Assembly (NCBI GenBank): GCA_963762145.1
Contig: CAVXJS010000009.1
Span: 672,001-736,000, forward strand
Direction of reading: 5' to 3'
Origin: an uncultured Candidatus Rokubacteria bacterium
Lineage (GTDB): Bacteria; Methylomirabilota; Methylomirabilia; Rokubacteriales; CSP1-6
DNA: 64,000 nt
Under the pieces are notes generated by a model. It saw only the letters and a program-made list of their open reading frames with translations. It made no database searches and had not been told where the DNA came from. Every line of letters begins with the position of its first letter. Position 1 is the first letter of the stretch. This document shows positions 52,815-63,673 of the stretch, in pieces. A program made the position numbers and the translations under genes.

Positions 52815-53386
52815 GACCGTTGGCTCCTTCGCCTGGGATAGCGGAAACACGTCGTGATGTGGTCGTTCACCATGCCGGTGGCCTGCATGAACGCGTAACA
52901 GATCGTGGGCCCGACGAAGCGGAACCCGCGCTTGACGAGCGTCTTGCTCATCGCGCGCGACTCCGCGGTCTCGGCCGGCACCTGCCCGCCGGCCGTCCAC
53001 GCGTTCAGGATCGGCTTGCCGCCCACGAACTGCCACAGGTACTCCGCGAGACTGCCGAACTCCTGCTGCACCCCCAGCACCTGCCGGGCATTGCCCACCG
53101 TGGCCTCGATCTTCTGCCGGTTGCGCACGATACCCGCGTCGCGCATGAGCGCGGCCTGCCGGCGCGCATCGAACCGGGCGACCTTGACCGGATCGAAGCC
53201 CGCGAAGGCCCGCCGGTAGTTCTCCCGCTTCCGCAAGATGGTGGACCAGGAGAGACCGGCCTGGGCCCCCTCGAGCACGAGCATCTCGAAGAGGTGCTGA
53301 TCGTCGTGGGACGGAACGCCCCACTCGGCGTCGTGATACGCGATCTCGAGCGGACCCCCGCTGGCCCAGCCGCACCGGGTCGGCAT
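52811..53386 (-). CDS. tag: DNA-3-methyladenine glycosylase I
   Basis: RCGW, YHDAEWG, QAGLSW, NDHITTC. Confidence 0.96.
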   Translation of the reverse strand: MPTRCGWASGGPLEIAYHDAEWGVPSHDDQHLFEMLVLEGAQAGLSWSTILRKRENYRRAFAGFDPVKVARFDARRQAALMRDAGIVRNRQKIEATVGNARQVLGVQQEFGSLAEYLWQFVGGKPILNAWTAGGQVPAETAESRAMSKTLVKRGFRFVGPTICYAFMQATGMVNDHITTCFRYPRRRSQRS

Positions 53387-53392
53387 CGCGTC

Positions 53393-54820
53393 CTACACCG
53401 CGTCCGGGTCGATGCCGTGTTCCTTGAGCTTCTTGCGCAAGGTATTCCGGTTGATGCCGAGGAGCTGGGCCGCGCGCACCTGATTGCCCTTGGTCTCCCG
53501 CATCACCGCCCGCAGCAGGGGCTTCTCCACCAGCCCGACCATCAGGCCGTGCAGGTTGGCGGAGGCGTGGCCGCGCAGGCCGCGCACGCACTCGTGCATC
53601 TTGCGCTCGATGACGTCCTCGAGCGAGGCGTCGGTACCCACCGCGGCCGCCGCGGACACCGGGCCGATCGGCAGGTGCTCGGGCAGGATCACGCCCGACG
53701 AGGCCATCACCATCGCCCGCTGGATGACGTTCTCCAGCTCCCGCACGTTGCCCGGCCAGTCGTGGCCGACGAGCCGATCCATGGCGTCCCCGGCCACCAC
53801 CCGCTCTCCCAGGGAGTCGGCGTACTTGGCCAGGAAGTGCTCGGCGAGCAGCGGGATGTCGCCTCGCCGGTCGCGGAGGGCGGGGAGCGAGAGCGTGACG
53901 ACGTTCAGTCGGTAGAACAGGTCCTCGCGGAACTGCCCCGCCTTCATCATGGCCTCGAGGTCTCGGTGGGTCGCGGCGAGCACCCGCACGTCCATGCGGA
54001 TCAACTCGTGGCCCCCGACCCGCTCGAAGCTGCGCTCCTGCAGGGCGCGCAGCAGCTTCACCTGCAGCTCGGCCGGCATGTCGCCGATCTCGTCGAAGAA
54101 CACCGAGCCGCCGTGGGCCAGCTCGAGCTTGCCGAGGCGGCGCTCCTTGGCGTCGGTGAACGAGCCCTTCTCGTGACCGAACAGCTCGGACTCGAGCAGG
54201 GTGATGGGAATCGCGGCGGCCGAGATGCCCATGAACGGGCGCCCCGCACGGCGGCTGTAGTGGTGCAGCGCGCGCGCCACCACCTCCTTGCCGGTGCCGG
54301 ACTCGCCGCGCAGCAGCACGCTGACGTCGCTGGCCGCCACGCGGCCGATGGCCTTGTAGACCTCCTGCATGGTCGGGTGCCGCCCCACCAGCGCGCCGAA
54401 CTCCCACACCTCCCGGAGGCCGGAGCGGAGCGCGGTCACCTCCTGGGTGAGTCGGCGCGCGGTGAGGGCCCGCTCCGCGAGCAGGAGCGCTTCGTCCAGA
54501 TCGAAGGGCTTGGCCAGGTAGTCGTAGGCGCCGTCCTGCATCGCGGACACCGCGGTCTGCATCGTGCCGTGCGCGGTCATGATCACGACCTGCGCGTCCG
54601 GCCGGCCGGCGCGCACCTGCTTGAGCAGCGACAGGCCGTCGATGCCGGGCATGCGGATGTCGAGGAGGATCAGATCGAACGGCCCGCCTTCCACCTCCCG
54701 GAGGGCCGCGGTGCCGTCCTTGACCGCGGTGACCTGGTAGCCCGCCCCGCGGAAGCCTTTCTCGAGGACCCAGCGCAGGCTGTCCTCGTCGTCGGCGATC
54801 AGGATCCGTCCGTCGGGCAT
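53393..54820 (-). CDS. ntrC: NtrC-family sigma54 response regulator
   Basis: [44 protein letters not shown]. Confidence 0.88.
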   Translation of the reverse strand: MPDGRILIADDEDSLRWVLEKGFRGAGYQVTAVKDGTAALREVEGGPFDLILLDIRMPGIDGLSLLKQVRAGRPDAQVVIMTAHGTMQTAVSAMQDGAYDYLAKPFDLDEALLLAERALTARRLTQEVTALRSGLREVWEFGALVGRHPTMQEVYKAIGRVAASDVSVLLRGESGTGKEVVARALHHYSRRAGRPFMGISAAAIPITLLESELFGHEKGSFTDAKERRLGKLELAHGGSVFFDEIGDMPAELQVKLLRALQERSFERVGGHELIRMDVRVLAATHRDLEAMMKAGQFREDLFYRLNVVTLSLPALRDRRGDIPLLAEHFLAKYADSLGERVVAGDAMDRLVGHDWPGNVRELENVIQRAMVMASSGVILPEHLPIGPVSAAAAVGTDASLEDVIERKMHECVRGLRGHASANLHGLMVGLVEKPLLRAVMRETKGNQVRAAQLLGINRNTLRKKLKEHGIDPDAV

Positions 54821-54830
54821 GGCAAATTCT

Positions 54831-55916
54831 CTATCGGGCGATGGGGAGGAAGCAGGAAACCGCGGTGCCGCGGCCGGGCTCGCTGACGATCTGGATCGCG
54901 CCGCGATGCTCCTCGATGATCCGGTGGCAGAGGGCCAGGCCGAGACCCAGGCCCTTGTCCTTGGTGGTGAAGAACGGGGTGAAGAGTCGGGCGCGGCTGG
55001 CCTCCGCGATGCCCTGGCCCTCGTCGAGCACCTGGATCTCGGCCATGCTGCGCTGGCCCTGCCCCACGTCCACCTTGGCGAAGAGCGGGTTCATGCTGAG
55101 CCGCGTGACCAGGGTCAGGCGCCCGCCCGCGGTCATCGCCTCCACCGCGTTGCGGACCAGGTTGTGGAAGACCTGCAGGATGCGGTCCTCGTCGGCCAGG
55201 ATCGCGGGCAGGCTCGGGTCGTAGCGCCGTAGGATCTGCACCCCGTGCTGGGCCGCCATCTCCTCGGACAGGAGCGCCACGCGCTCGAGGAGCTGGTGCA
55301 GGTTGAGCGGGACCAGACGCAGGGTGACCGGACGGCTGATGTCGAGCAGCATCTCGATGATCCGGTTGACCCGATCCACCTCCTTGAGGAGCACGGCGGT
55401 GTACTCGCCGAGGCGGGTGTCCTCACCCATCTCGCGGGCCATGAGCTGCACCGCTCCGCGGATGGCGCCGAGCGGATTGCGGATCTCGTGGGCCAGCCCG
55501 ATCGCCATCTGGCCCACCGCGGCGAGCGTCTCGCCGCGCCGCACCTCCGACTCGAGCTGGTGGAGGCGGCTCACGTCGCGGAGCACCGCCACCGCCGCCT
55601 CCACCCCTCCGCTCCGCACCGCCAGCGGCGCGGTGACCACGCTCACGTGCACGGGGCGGCCGTCGCCGCCCTCGATCACCGCCTCCGACTCCGACCGGCT
55701 CTCGCCGGTGGCCAGCGTGTCGGTCAGGTGCCGCACCAGCGAGGTGTCCGGCGGGAAGATCTCCTTCAGCGCGCGCCCGATGGTCCGCCGGGCCGAGCGG
55801 CCGAGCAGCGATTCCGCCGCCGGGTTCCAGAGCATCACCCGCAGGGCCTCGTCCACGCCCACCACCGCGTCGGGCAGCCCGGCGATGAGGGCTTCGTAGT
55901 CGAGGCGGGGGCTCAC
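54831..55916 (-). CDS. ntrB: NtrB-family PAS histidine kinase
   Basis: PAS region, AHEIRNPLGAIRGAVQL, YDPSLP, PFFTTK. Confidence 0.85.
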   Translation of the reverse strand: MSPRLDYEALIAGLPDAVVGVDEALRVMLWNPAAESLLGRSARRTIGRALKEIFPPDTSLVRHLTDTLATGESRSESEAVIEGGDGRPVHVSVVTAPLAVRSGGVEAAVAVLRDVSRLHQLESEVRRGETLAAVGQMAIGLAHEIRNPLGAIRGAVQLMAREMGEDTRLGEYTAVLLKEVDRVNRIIEMLLDISRPVTLRLVPLNLHQLLERVALLSEEMAAQHGVQILRRYDPSLPAILADEDRILQVFHNLVRNAVEAMTAGGRLTLVTRLSMNPLFAKVDVGQGQRSMAEIQVLDEGQGIAEASRARLFTPFFTTKDKGLGLGLALCHRIIEEHRGAIQIVSEPGRGTAVSCFLPIAR

Positions 55917-56915
55917 GCCAGCACCAGATCGGGGACCGCGTTGAGCGAGAGCGGGGCGCGCTCGCCCGCCTCCAGCCGGTCGTGGCCGGCGGCCGCGATC
56001 ATGGCCGCATTGTCGGTGCAGAGCCGGCGCGAGGGCACGTGGAGCGCCCAGCCGCGCTCGCGGCACTCGGCCTCGAGCGCCTCCCGCAGCGCGGTGTTCG
56101 CGGCCACCCCGCCGGTGAGCACCAGCCGCCGGACCCCGGCGCGGACCGCGGCCTTCACGGTCTTGCGCACCAGCATCTTGACCGCGGTCGCCTGGAAGGA
56201 CGCGGCCACGTCGGCCACCCGCGCGGGATCGAGCGGGCCCGCGCGGCGCACGTGGAGCGAGACCGCGGTCTTGAGGCCGCTGAACGAGAAGTCGGGCGCC
56301 CCGTCGCTCATGTTGGCGGTGGGGAACACGATCGCGCGCGGGTCGCCGTCCCGCGCGACCCGCTCGATGGCGGGGCCGCCGGGGAATCCCAGGCCGAGCA
56401 GCTTGGCCACCTTGTCGAACGCCTCGCCCGCCGCGTCGTCGCGCGTCTGGCCGATGCGCTCGTAGCGCCGCGCCTCGCGCGCGAGGTAGAGCGCGGTGTG
56501 GCCGCCCGAGACGACCAGGGCGAGGAACGGGAAGGCTGGGCGGGTCGCCCTCGAGGAACGCGGCGTAGATGTGGCCCTCGAGATGGTTCACCCCGACCAG
56601 GGGCCGGCGGCGGGCATACGCGATGGCCTTGGCCGCCGAGCAGCCGATCAGGAGCGAGCCCACGAGCCCGGGGCCGTAGGTCACCGCGAGGCCGTCCACG
56701 TCGTCGAGCCGGATCGCGGCGGTCTCGAGCGCCCGGCGCACCACCGGCATCAGCACCTCGAGGTGCCGGCGCGAGGCCAGCTCCGGCACCACGCCGCCGT
56801 AGGGAGCGTGCACGTCGTCCTGAGAGGCGACGACGCTCGAGAGGATCTTGCGGCCGCCGTCCACCACGGCGGCGGCCGTCTCGTCGCAGGAGGTCTCGAT
56901 GGCGAGGACGATCAT
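55913..56915 (-). CDS. tsaD: tRNA threonylcarbamoyltransferase TsaD; frameshift near 56535 (probable sequencing indel)
   Basis: IETSCDET, HLEGH; second frame FSFSGLKT, CTDNAAMI. Confidence 0.95.
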
Positions 56916-56925
56916 GTCGGCTCGA

Positions 56926-57802
56926 TTATCGCGCGAGTTGGGAGACCGGCACCAGCCGGAGCCCGCGCGCTTCCCATCGGGGCACGTACTCCTTCAAGAG
57001 CCGTACGGTCAGCGGATGGCCGTGGGCCACCACGATCACCTCGCCCCGGCGCTCTGCCCAGCCCGCCACCTCGTCCCAGCGGGCCCGATCGCCCGCCTCC
57101 CCCCGCGCGTGGTCGACCAGGATCTGGCGGCGCGCGGCGCGGACGCCGGCGTCCCGTGCCTCGTCGAAGGCCACCGACTGGCTCGACGTGTAGGCGTCGA
57201 CCAGGAACAGGCGCCGGGCCGCCAGCACCTCGAGCACCGCGCGCATCCGTGGCCGATCCTCGGTGAGCCGTGAGCCCATGCGGTTCACCACCCCGACCGC
57301 GGGGGCGACCGTCTCCAGGTGACTGCCCACGAGCTGCTGGATCTCACCCGGGGGCATGGACATCAGCAAGGCACCCGGGCCGGGATCCATCTCCGGGAAC
57401 CGGTACGGCTCCATCGGCAGCCCCAGCAGCACCTCCATGCCCGCGCGCGACGCGTCCCGCGCGATGGCCGCCGACAGGGGCAGGGCGGGCAGCACCGCCA
57501 CCGTGAGCGGGCGCCGGATCTCGCGCAGGACATCGAACACGTCACGCCGGCTGCCGAGGTCGTCCACGATGACGGCGACCCGGGGAGCGCCCGGAGGCAG
57601 CGGCGCCGCCTCGGGGAGCGGGCGCGAGGGCGTCGGCGGGCGAGGCGGCCGGCGCGGCGGGCTTCCGGGCCGCGCGCCCGAAGAGATCGGAGCCGAACAG
57701 GCTGGCCTCGCCGCTGCGGGCCTGCCACTGATCGAGGCCGACCACCGCGATCAGCAGCAGAATGATGATGCCGGCGAGAGCCTGCCACACTCTCGCCGGC
57801 AT
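56926..57802 (-). CDS. Divergent polysaccharide deacetylase (YibQ-like); frameshift near 57640
   Basis: N-terminal TM; VAVIVDDLG, LPMEP, NRMGS, AHGHP. Confidence 0.85.
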
Positions 57803-57817
57803 CGTTCCTTCGACCGC

Positions 57818-59125
57818 CTAGCGGGTCTGGGCCTGGGGTCCAGCCGGTCCCGGCCGGCCCTTGTCCAGGATCTTCATGGCCTTCAGCAGGTCGAGCGCCC
57901 GCTGGAGCTGGGGATCCCGCTTGAGCTGCTCCTGCGGCGTCTCCGACACCGGCGGGGTCGGCACCGGCGTCTCGGCGCCGGGCGCTGGCGCCGCGACCTT
58001 CGGGGCATCCACGATGATGTCAGGCGTGATGCCCTTGCCGTGGATCGAGCGGCCCTTCGGCGTGAAGTACTTCGCGGTGGTCAGCCGCAGGCCGGAGCCA
58101 TCCGAGAGCGGGATGATGGTCTGCACCGAGCCCTTGCCGAAGCTCTGGTTGCCGATCACCACCGCGCGGCCCCAGTCCTGGAGCGCACCCGCGACGATCT
58201 CGGAAGCGGAGGCGCTGCCCTGGTTGACCAGCACCACGATGGGGAAGTCGGTGAACACCCGCTTGGCGTTCGAGGAGAAGCGCATGTTCTGGTTGCGCAC
58301 GCGGCCCTCGGTGTAGACCACGAGCTTGCCCGCCTCGAGGAACTTCTCGGTGACCTCCACCGCGGAGGTGAGCAGGCCCCCCGGGTTGTTGCGCAGGTCC
58401 AGCACCAGCCCCTGGATCTTGCCTTCCTTCACGTACTTGTCGATCGAGGTCTCCAGGTCGTTGGCGGTCTGCTCCTGGAACTGGCGCAGCTTGATGTACT
58501 CGATGCCGGGCTCGAGCTGGTTGGCCCGGACCGACTGCACCCGGATCTGCTCGCGGGTGATCAAGAAGTCCTTCGGCTCCGTCCAGCCCTCACGCACGAT
58601 CGAGATCGTGATCTTGCTGCCCGGCTTGCCGCGCATGCGCTTGACCGCGTCGGAGAGCTGCATGTCCTTGGTGGTGAGGCCTTCGATCTTCAGGATGCGA
58701 TCGCCGGGCTGGATCCCCGCGCGATAGGCCGGAGTGCCCTCGATGGGGGCCACCACGGTGAGCACGTCGTCCCGCAGGGTGATCTCGATGCCGAGCCCGC
58801 CGAAGCTCCCGCTCGTCTCGACCTGCATCTCCCGGTACATCTCCGGATCCAGGAACGAGGAGTGCGGATCCAGCCCGCGGAGCGTCCCCTTGATCGCGTT
58901 GTAGATGATGTCCTTGGGCGGGACCTCGTCCACGTACTGGCTCTGCACGATCGAGAGCACCTCGGTGAAGAGACGCAGGTTCTCGTAGGTGGCCGCGGTG
59001 TCGTTGCCCTTGCTCGCCACCCCGCCTCCGAGAGACAGGGTGATGATGAGCAGCAGGGCGGAGATCATGACCACCTTCTTCATGTGCCGGATGGGCCGCA
59101 TCGTGTGCTCCTCCGTAGGTACCAT
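57818..59125 (-). CDS. ctpA: Carboxyl-terminal protease S41 with PDZ domain
   Basis: LDPHS, DLRNNPGG, SASASEI, FGKGSVQ. Confidence 0.95.
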   Translation of the reverse strand: MVPTEEHTMRPIRHMKKVVMISALLLIITLSLGGGVASKGNDTAATYENLRLFTEVLSIVQSQYVDEVPPKDIIYNAIKGTLRGLDPHSSFLDPEMYREMQVETSGSFGGLGIEITLRDDVLTVVAPIEGTPAYRAGIQPGDRILKIEGLTTKDMQLSDAVKRMRGKPGSKITISIVREGWTEPKDFLITREQIRVQSVRANQLEPGIEYIKLRQFQEQTANDLETSIDKYVKEGKIQGLVLDLRNNPGGLLTSAVEVTEKFLEAGKLVVYTEGRVRNQNMRFSSNAKRVFTDFPIVVLVNQGSASASEIVAGALQDWGRAVVIGNQSFGKGSVQTIIPLSDGSGLRLTTAKYFTPKGRSIHGKGITPDIIVDAPKVAAPAPGAETPVPTPPVSETPQEQLKRDPQLQRALDLLKAMKILDKGRPGPAGPQAQTR

Positions 59126-59185
59126 CGAGTTGCTACCGTCGCTTCTCTACTGTATTCGCTCGGCTCGCCTTCGGCTGCGCCTCGC

Positions 59186-60421
59186 CTAGCCACGTGGCCT
59201 GAGCCACTGCGTGGGATCTTGCGGCTTCCCTTCGTGCCGCACTTCGAAATACAGGCGCGGCCCCTGGAGCGAGCCGGTATCGCCGACCGTGCCGATGATC
59301 TGCCCCTGCTTCACCTCATCCCCCTCGGTGACCCGGATGTCGGCCGCGTGCGCGTACACCGTGTAGTACTCGCCGCCGTGATCCACGATGATCAGGTTGC
59401 CGTAACCCCGGAACCAGCCCGTGTAGACGACCTGGCCCGGGAACACCGCCGCGATGTTCGAGCCCTCGATGGCCTCGATGTCGATCCCGTTGCGGAACGT
59501 CTTCGTTCCGAAGCGCGGATTGACCTGGAGGCCGTACTCCGCGACGACCCGCCCGTCCGCGGGCCAGGACAGCCGCCCGCGCAGGCCCGCGAACCCCGGC
59601 CCCCCCGGGCTCGCGTCGCCCGGCGCCGGCCGCGTGGGCCGGCTCGGCGGCGGCACCTTCGCCACCGCCCGCCGCTGCTTCTCCTGCAGGTCGCGGATGA
59701 AGGCCTCGAGCCGGCGGGTGGCCTCGGACAGCTCCCCCACCATCCGGTCGTGGTAGGCGCGCTCGCCCTGCACCTTCGCGAGCAGCGCCCGCCGCTTCGC
59801 CGCTTCCTGATCCGCCTCGGCGCGCTCGTGATCCGCCTCGGTGCGGAGTGACGCCATCTCCCGTCCGCGTGCCTCGACCCGGCTCTTCCGATCCGCCAGC
59901 ACCTCGGAGGTCACACGATACTCTCGAATCAGGCGGGCGTCCACCGAGGCCAGCGTGGTCAGGTGCCGGAGCTGCACCGCCTGCTCTACCGGGTCGGCAC
60001 CCGAGAGCACGATCGGCAGCACCCCGCCCTGCGCTTGCAGCTTGTAGAGCGCGCGCAGGCGTCGGCCCAGCACGTCCTCCTGCCCGGAGCGCCGGGACTG
60101 CAACCGTCCGATCTCACTCTGCATTTCGTTGATGTCGGCCTGGGCCTTCTTGAGCCGCCCGTCCAGGACCGCGACCTGATGGCGCTTGTCGCTGAGCCGC
60201 CGATCGATGCCTTCGAGCTCGCTCAGCACGCCCGCCTCTCGCTTGCGCGCGTCGGCCGCCTTCTGGCGCTCCTCGTGGAGGCGCTTCTGCGTCTGCTGGA
60301 GGTCGTGCTGCTTGTCGCCGATCTCGGCGCTCTCGCGCTTCGGAGCCTGGGCCAGGGCCGGTGGAACGAGCAGTGCCGTCACCACCGCCAGCAGCAGACC
60401 GAGGCACCGGAGGCGTCTCAT
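59186..60421 (-). CDS. envC: Murein hydrolase activator EnvC (coiled coil + M23)
   Basis: Signal peptide, coiled coil, NGIDI, GYGNLIIVDHG, LYFEVR; adjacent to ftsEX. Confidence 0.9.
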   Translation of the reverse strand: MRRLRCLGLLLAVVTALLVPPALAQAPKRESAEIGDKQHDLQQTQKRLHEERQKAADARKREAGVLSELEGIDRRLSDKRHQVAVLDGRLKKAQADINEMQSEIGRLQSRRSGQEDVLGRRLRALYKLQAQGGVLPIVLSGADPVEQAVQLRHLTTLASVDARLIREYRVTSEVLADRKSRVEARGREMASLRTEADHERAEADQEAAKRRALLAKVQGERAYHDRMVGELSEATRRLEAFIRDLQEKQRRAVAKVPPPSRPTRPAPGDASPGGPGFAGLRGRLSWPADGRVVAEYGLQVNPRFGTKTFRNGIDIEAIEGSNIAAVFPGQVVYTGWFRGYGNLIIVDHGGEYYTVYAHAADIRVTEGDEVKQGQIIGTVGDTGSLQGPRLYFEVRHEGKPQDPTQWLRPRG

Positions 60422-61362
60422 ACCTCGGCCCGCCCGCGGGCGAGCAGCCCGCCCAGCGCTCCCAGCATGGTCCCGGCGCCGATCAGCGCGAGCGCCTGCC
60501 ACGGCGAGAGGAACGTCACCCGCTCGAGACCGAGCGTCATCGGCAGCAAGGGCTCGAGGCGCGGCACCGCGAGCGCGTACGCGATCTCGAGCGCGGCGAG
60601 CGCCATGATGGCCGCGACCAGGCCCTGGGCCATGCCCTGGAGCAGGCGCGGCGCGCGGATCACGTTCTCGGTGGCACCCACCAGCCGCATGATCTCCATC
60701 TCGTCACGGCGGAGATGCAGGACCAGGGTCGTCGCGGTGGTCACGGTGAGGATCGCGGCCACGGCCAGCACCGCGCCGATCACGAGGCCGACGCCCTGGA
60801 ACAGGCGGCGGAACTGCGCGAGCCCATCCACCCACTGGCTGCCGCCCTGCACTTCCTCCACCTCCGGCAGCGCGACGAGGCGGCCCACCAGGGCGCGGGT
60901 GCCCTCCGGGGTCGCGATGGCCGCGTCGGGCGTGACCTCGACGGAGGCGGGCAGCGGATTGCGCGGGAGCTGCTCCGCGACGTCGGCCTGGCTGCCCAGC
61001 GAGCGCTTCAGCACGCGCAGGGCCTCGGCCTTGGAGACGTAGCGCAGCCGCTGGATGCCCCCCACCGCCTCGATGCGCTCGAGGAGATCGTCGAGCTTGG
61101 CGGCCGCCGGCTCGTCCTTCAGGTACACGATGACGCGCACCCGGTCGCCCCACAGATCGATGGCCCGGCCCAGGTTGAGCGAGAGCAGCCAGAAGCCCCC
61201 GAGGGCGGTGAGCGAGAGCGCGATGAGCAGGATCGCGGCGAGGCCGATACGACCGGCGCGCCGCAGGTCGCGCATCGCCTCGTTCATGACGAAGCTGAAC
61301 AAGACCCTAACTCCCTCTTCAGCCTCAACATGGCCAAGCGATGCAGGGCGAGCTTCCGCCAA
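60418..61362 (-). CDS. ftsX: Cell division permease FtsX (start may be about 60 bp downstream)
   Basis: YVSKAEAL, NPLPAS, RRDEMEIMRLVGAT. Confidence 0.92.
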   Translation of the reverse strand: MAEARPASLGHVEAEEGVRVLFSFVMNEAMRDLRRAGRIGLAAILLIALSLTALGGFWLLSLNLGRAIDLWGDRVRVIVYLKDEPAAAKLDDLLERIEAVGGIQRLRYVSKAEALRVLKRSLGSQADVAEQLPRNPLPASVEVTPDAAIATPEGTRALVGRLVALPEVEEVQGGSQWVDGLAQFRRLFQGVGLVIGAVLAVAAILTVTTATTLVLHLRRDEMEIMRLVGATENVIRAPRLLQGMAQGLVAAIMALAALEIAYALAVPRLEPLLPMTLGLERVTFLSPWQALALIGAGTMLGALGGLLARGRAEV

Positions 61363-61429
61363 AGGTGAGGCGAGCGAATCAAAAATCGACCGTGGGCCAT
61401 CTCGCTCGCGGCGACCCGAAGCGCCCGGC

Positions 61430-62101
61430 TCATCCTTCGTCCTTCACCAGGCGCCCGCCCTCCAGTTTCAGGGTCCGGCGCCTGAGCTGCGGCACGAGGC
61501 GGGCCTGGTGGGTCGCGAAGAGCACCGTGGTCCCGCGACTCCAGATGTCCTTGACCAGCGCCATGATCTCGTTGGCCATCTCGTCGTCCAGGTTGCCGGT
61601 GGGCTCGTCGGCCAGGAGCAGCCCCGGCGACTTGACGATGGCCCGCGCGAGCGAAGCCCGCTGCGCCTCTCCCTGGGACAGCTGGTTGGGGAAGGCCTGA
61701 GCCCGCGCGGAGAGTCCCACCGCCTTGAGCGCGGCGAAGGCCTTGGGCGTGATGTCGCGGCGGGGCGTCCCCAGGACGCGAAGCACGAAGGCCACGTTCT
61801 CGAAGACGGTGCGCCCGGCCAGCAGCTTCGAGTCCTGGAACACGATGCCGATCGACCGCCGCAGGCGCGGGATCTCGGACCGTCTGAGGGCCCCGACGTC
61901 GAAGCCGGCCACGTCGACGTCCCCTTCCGAGGGCACCTCGGCCGCGTAGAGGAGCCGGAGCAACGTGGTCTTGCCGGCGCCGCTGGCGCCGCTCAGGACG
62001 ACGAACTCACCCTTGGCGATGTGGAAGGACACGTCATTGAGGGCGGCCACGCGGGAGGGGCCGCCACCGAAGACCATCGACACGTGCTGCAGCCGAATCA
62101 T
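61430..62101 (-). CDS. ftsE: Cell division ATP-binding protein FtsE
   Basis: GASGAGKT, LRRSIGIVFQD, ADEPTGNLD. Confidence 0.93.
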   Translation of the reverse strand: MIRLQHVSMVFGGGPSRVAALNDVSFHIAKGEFVVLSGASGAGKTTLLRLLYAAEVPSEGDVDVAGFDVGALRRSEIPRLRRSIGIVFQDSKLLAGRTVFENVAFVLRVLGTPRRDITPKAFAALKAVGLSARAQAFPNQLSQGEAQRASLARAIVKSPGLLLADEPTGNLDDEMANEIMALVKDIWSRGTTVLFATHQARLVPQLRRRTLKLEGGRLVKDEG

Positions 62102-62124
62102 GGGCTGCACATCATTCTATCTAA

Positions 62125-63580
62125 CTATTGGACCTTTCGTATTTTTTCCTCCAACAACCGGTTCACCACGGCCGGATTGGCCTTCCCCTGGGTGGATTTC
62201 ATCACCTGGCCCACCAGAAAGCCCAGCGCGGCCTTCTTTCCGGCCCGAAAATCGTCCACCACCTTGGCGTGCTCCCCCAGCACCCGGTCCACCGCGGCGC
62301 CCAGGGCGCCCTCGTCGGCCACCTGGGTGAGCCCCTCCCGGCTCACGATCGCCTGGGCGGTATCGCCCGAGCGGTACATCTTCTCGAACACGTCCTTGGC
62401 GATCTTGCCGCTGATGGTGCCGTCGTCCATCAGGGCCAGCAGCCCGACCAGATGGGCGGGCGGGATCGGGCACGCCGCCACCGCGCGGTCGTCGTCTCCG
62501 GGCAGCTCGCGCAGCAGCTCGTTCAGCACCCAGTTGGCCACCACCTTCGGCTTGCCGCCGCCACGCACGGCCTCCTCGAAGTAGTCCGCGAGCCCCCGAC
62601 CCTGGGTCAGCAGGTCGGCCTCGTAGGGGGAGAGCGCGTAGGCGCTCTGGAACCGGAGCCGGCGGGCCGCCGGCAGCTCGGGGAGCTGCGCGCGCACCTC
62701 GTCCACCCAGCCCGCCCGGAGATCCAGCGGGGGCAGGTCGGGCTCGGGGAAATAGCGGTAGTCGTGCGCGAACTCCTTGGAGCGCATCGACACCGTGACG
62801 GCCCGGTCCGGATCCCAGAGCCGCGTCTCCTGGACGATGCGCTCCCCGGTCTCGAGCGCGCGCGCCTGCCGCCGGATCTCGTACTCGAGCGCGTCGCGCA
62901 CGTTGCGGAACGAGTTCATGTTCTTGATCTCGACCTTGGTGCCGTACTCGACCTGGCCGCGCGGGCGGAGCGAGATGTTGGCGTCGCAGCGGAGCGAGCC
63001 CTCCTCCATGTTGCCGTCGCACACCCGCAGGTAGATCAGGATCGCCCGCAGCGTCTTCAGGTAGGCGGCGGCCTCCTCCGGGCTCTGGAGGTCGGGCTTG
63101 GAGACGATCTCCATCAGCGGCACGCCGGCGCGGTTGAAGTCGACGCTGCTCGAGGGCGCGGTCTCGAGCGCGCCCTCGTGGACGAGCTTGCCCACGTCCT
63201 CCTCGAGGTGCAGGCGCTGGATGCCGATCTCGCGCGGTCCACTGCCCGCGTCGACCACGAGGCGCCCGTGCTCGGCGAGCGGCTCCTCGTACTGGCTGAT
63301 CTGGTAGTTCTTCGGCATGTCCGGGTAGTAGTAGTGCTTGCGCGCGAAGCGGTTCAGGCCGTTGACCGCGCAGCCGAGCGCCAGCGCGGTCATGGTGCCG
63401 AGCTCGATGGCGCGCCGGTTGATCACCGGCAGCGAGCCGGGCAATCCCAGGCAGACCGGACAGGTCTGGGTGTTCGGCGCTTCCCCGAAGGTGGCCCGGC
63501 AGCCGCAGAACATCTTGGTGACGGTGCGCGAGCTGCGCGTGCACTTCCAGGCCGATGACAGTCTCGTAGCGGTCTGTCAT
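62125..63580 (-). CDS. gatB: Asp/Glu-tRNA amidotransferase subunit B; frameshift near 63528 (probable sequencing indel)
   Basis: IGLEVHAQL; RKHYYYPD, HLEED, YRYFPEPDL, GKANP. Confidence 0.96.
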
Positions 63581-63599
63581 GTTCGGTAGGCGGTCAGGC

Positions 63600-63672
63600 C
63601 TCTTCGCGCAAGCGGATGTTCATCGAAGCGCTCTTCGCGCAAGCGGATGTTCTAAGCCTCTTCGCGCAAGCG
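63600..63672. repeat. Three tandem copies of CTCTTCGCGCAAGCG(GATGTTC)
   Basis: Copies start at 63600, 63631 and 63658, between gatA and gatB. Confidence 0.85.
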
Positions 63673-63673
63673 C

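Noticed and set aside
59155-59187. GCTCGGCTCGCCTTCGGCTGCGCCTCGC between envC and ctpA as a REP element
   Set aside because: Looks repeat-like, but there is no convincing second copy in this window.
62125-62137. CTATTGGACCTT match to the regulon operator at the gatB stop
   Set aside because: Only a half-site, inside coding sequence (RKVQ-stop), and the nearby TAGAAT is 16.5 bp rather than 31.5 bp from the centre.
63600-63672. Mini CRISPR array
   Set aside because: Spacers are only 5-9 bp and no cas genes are present.
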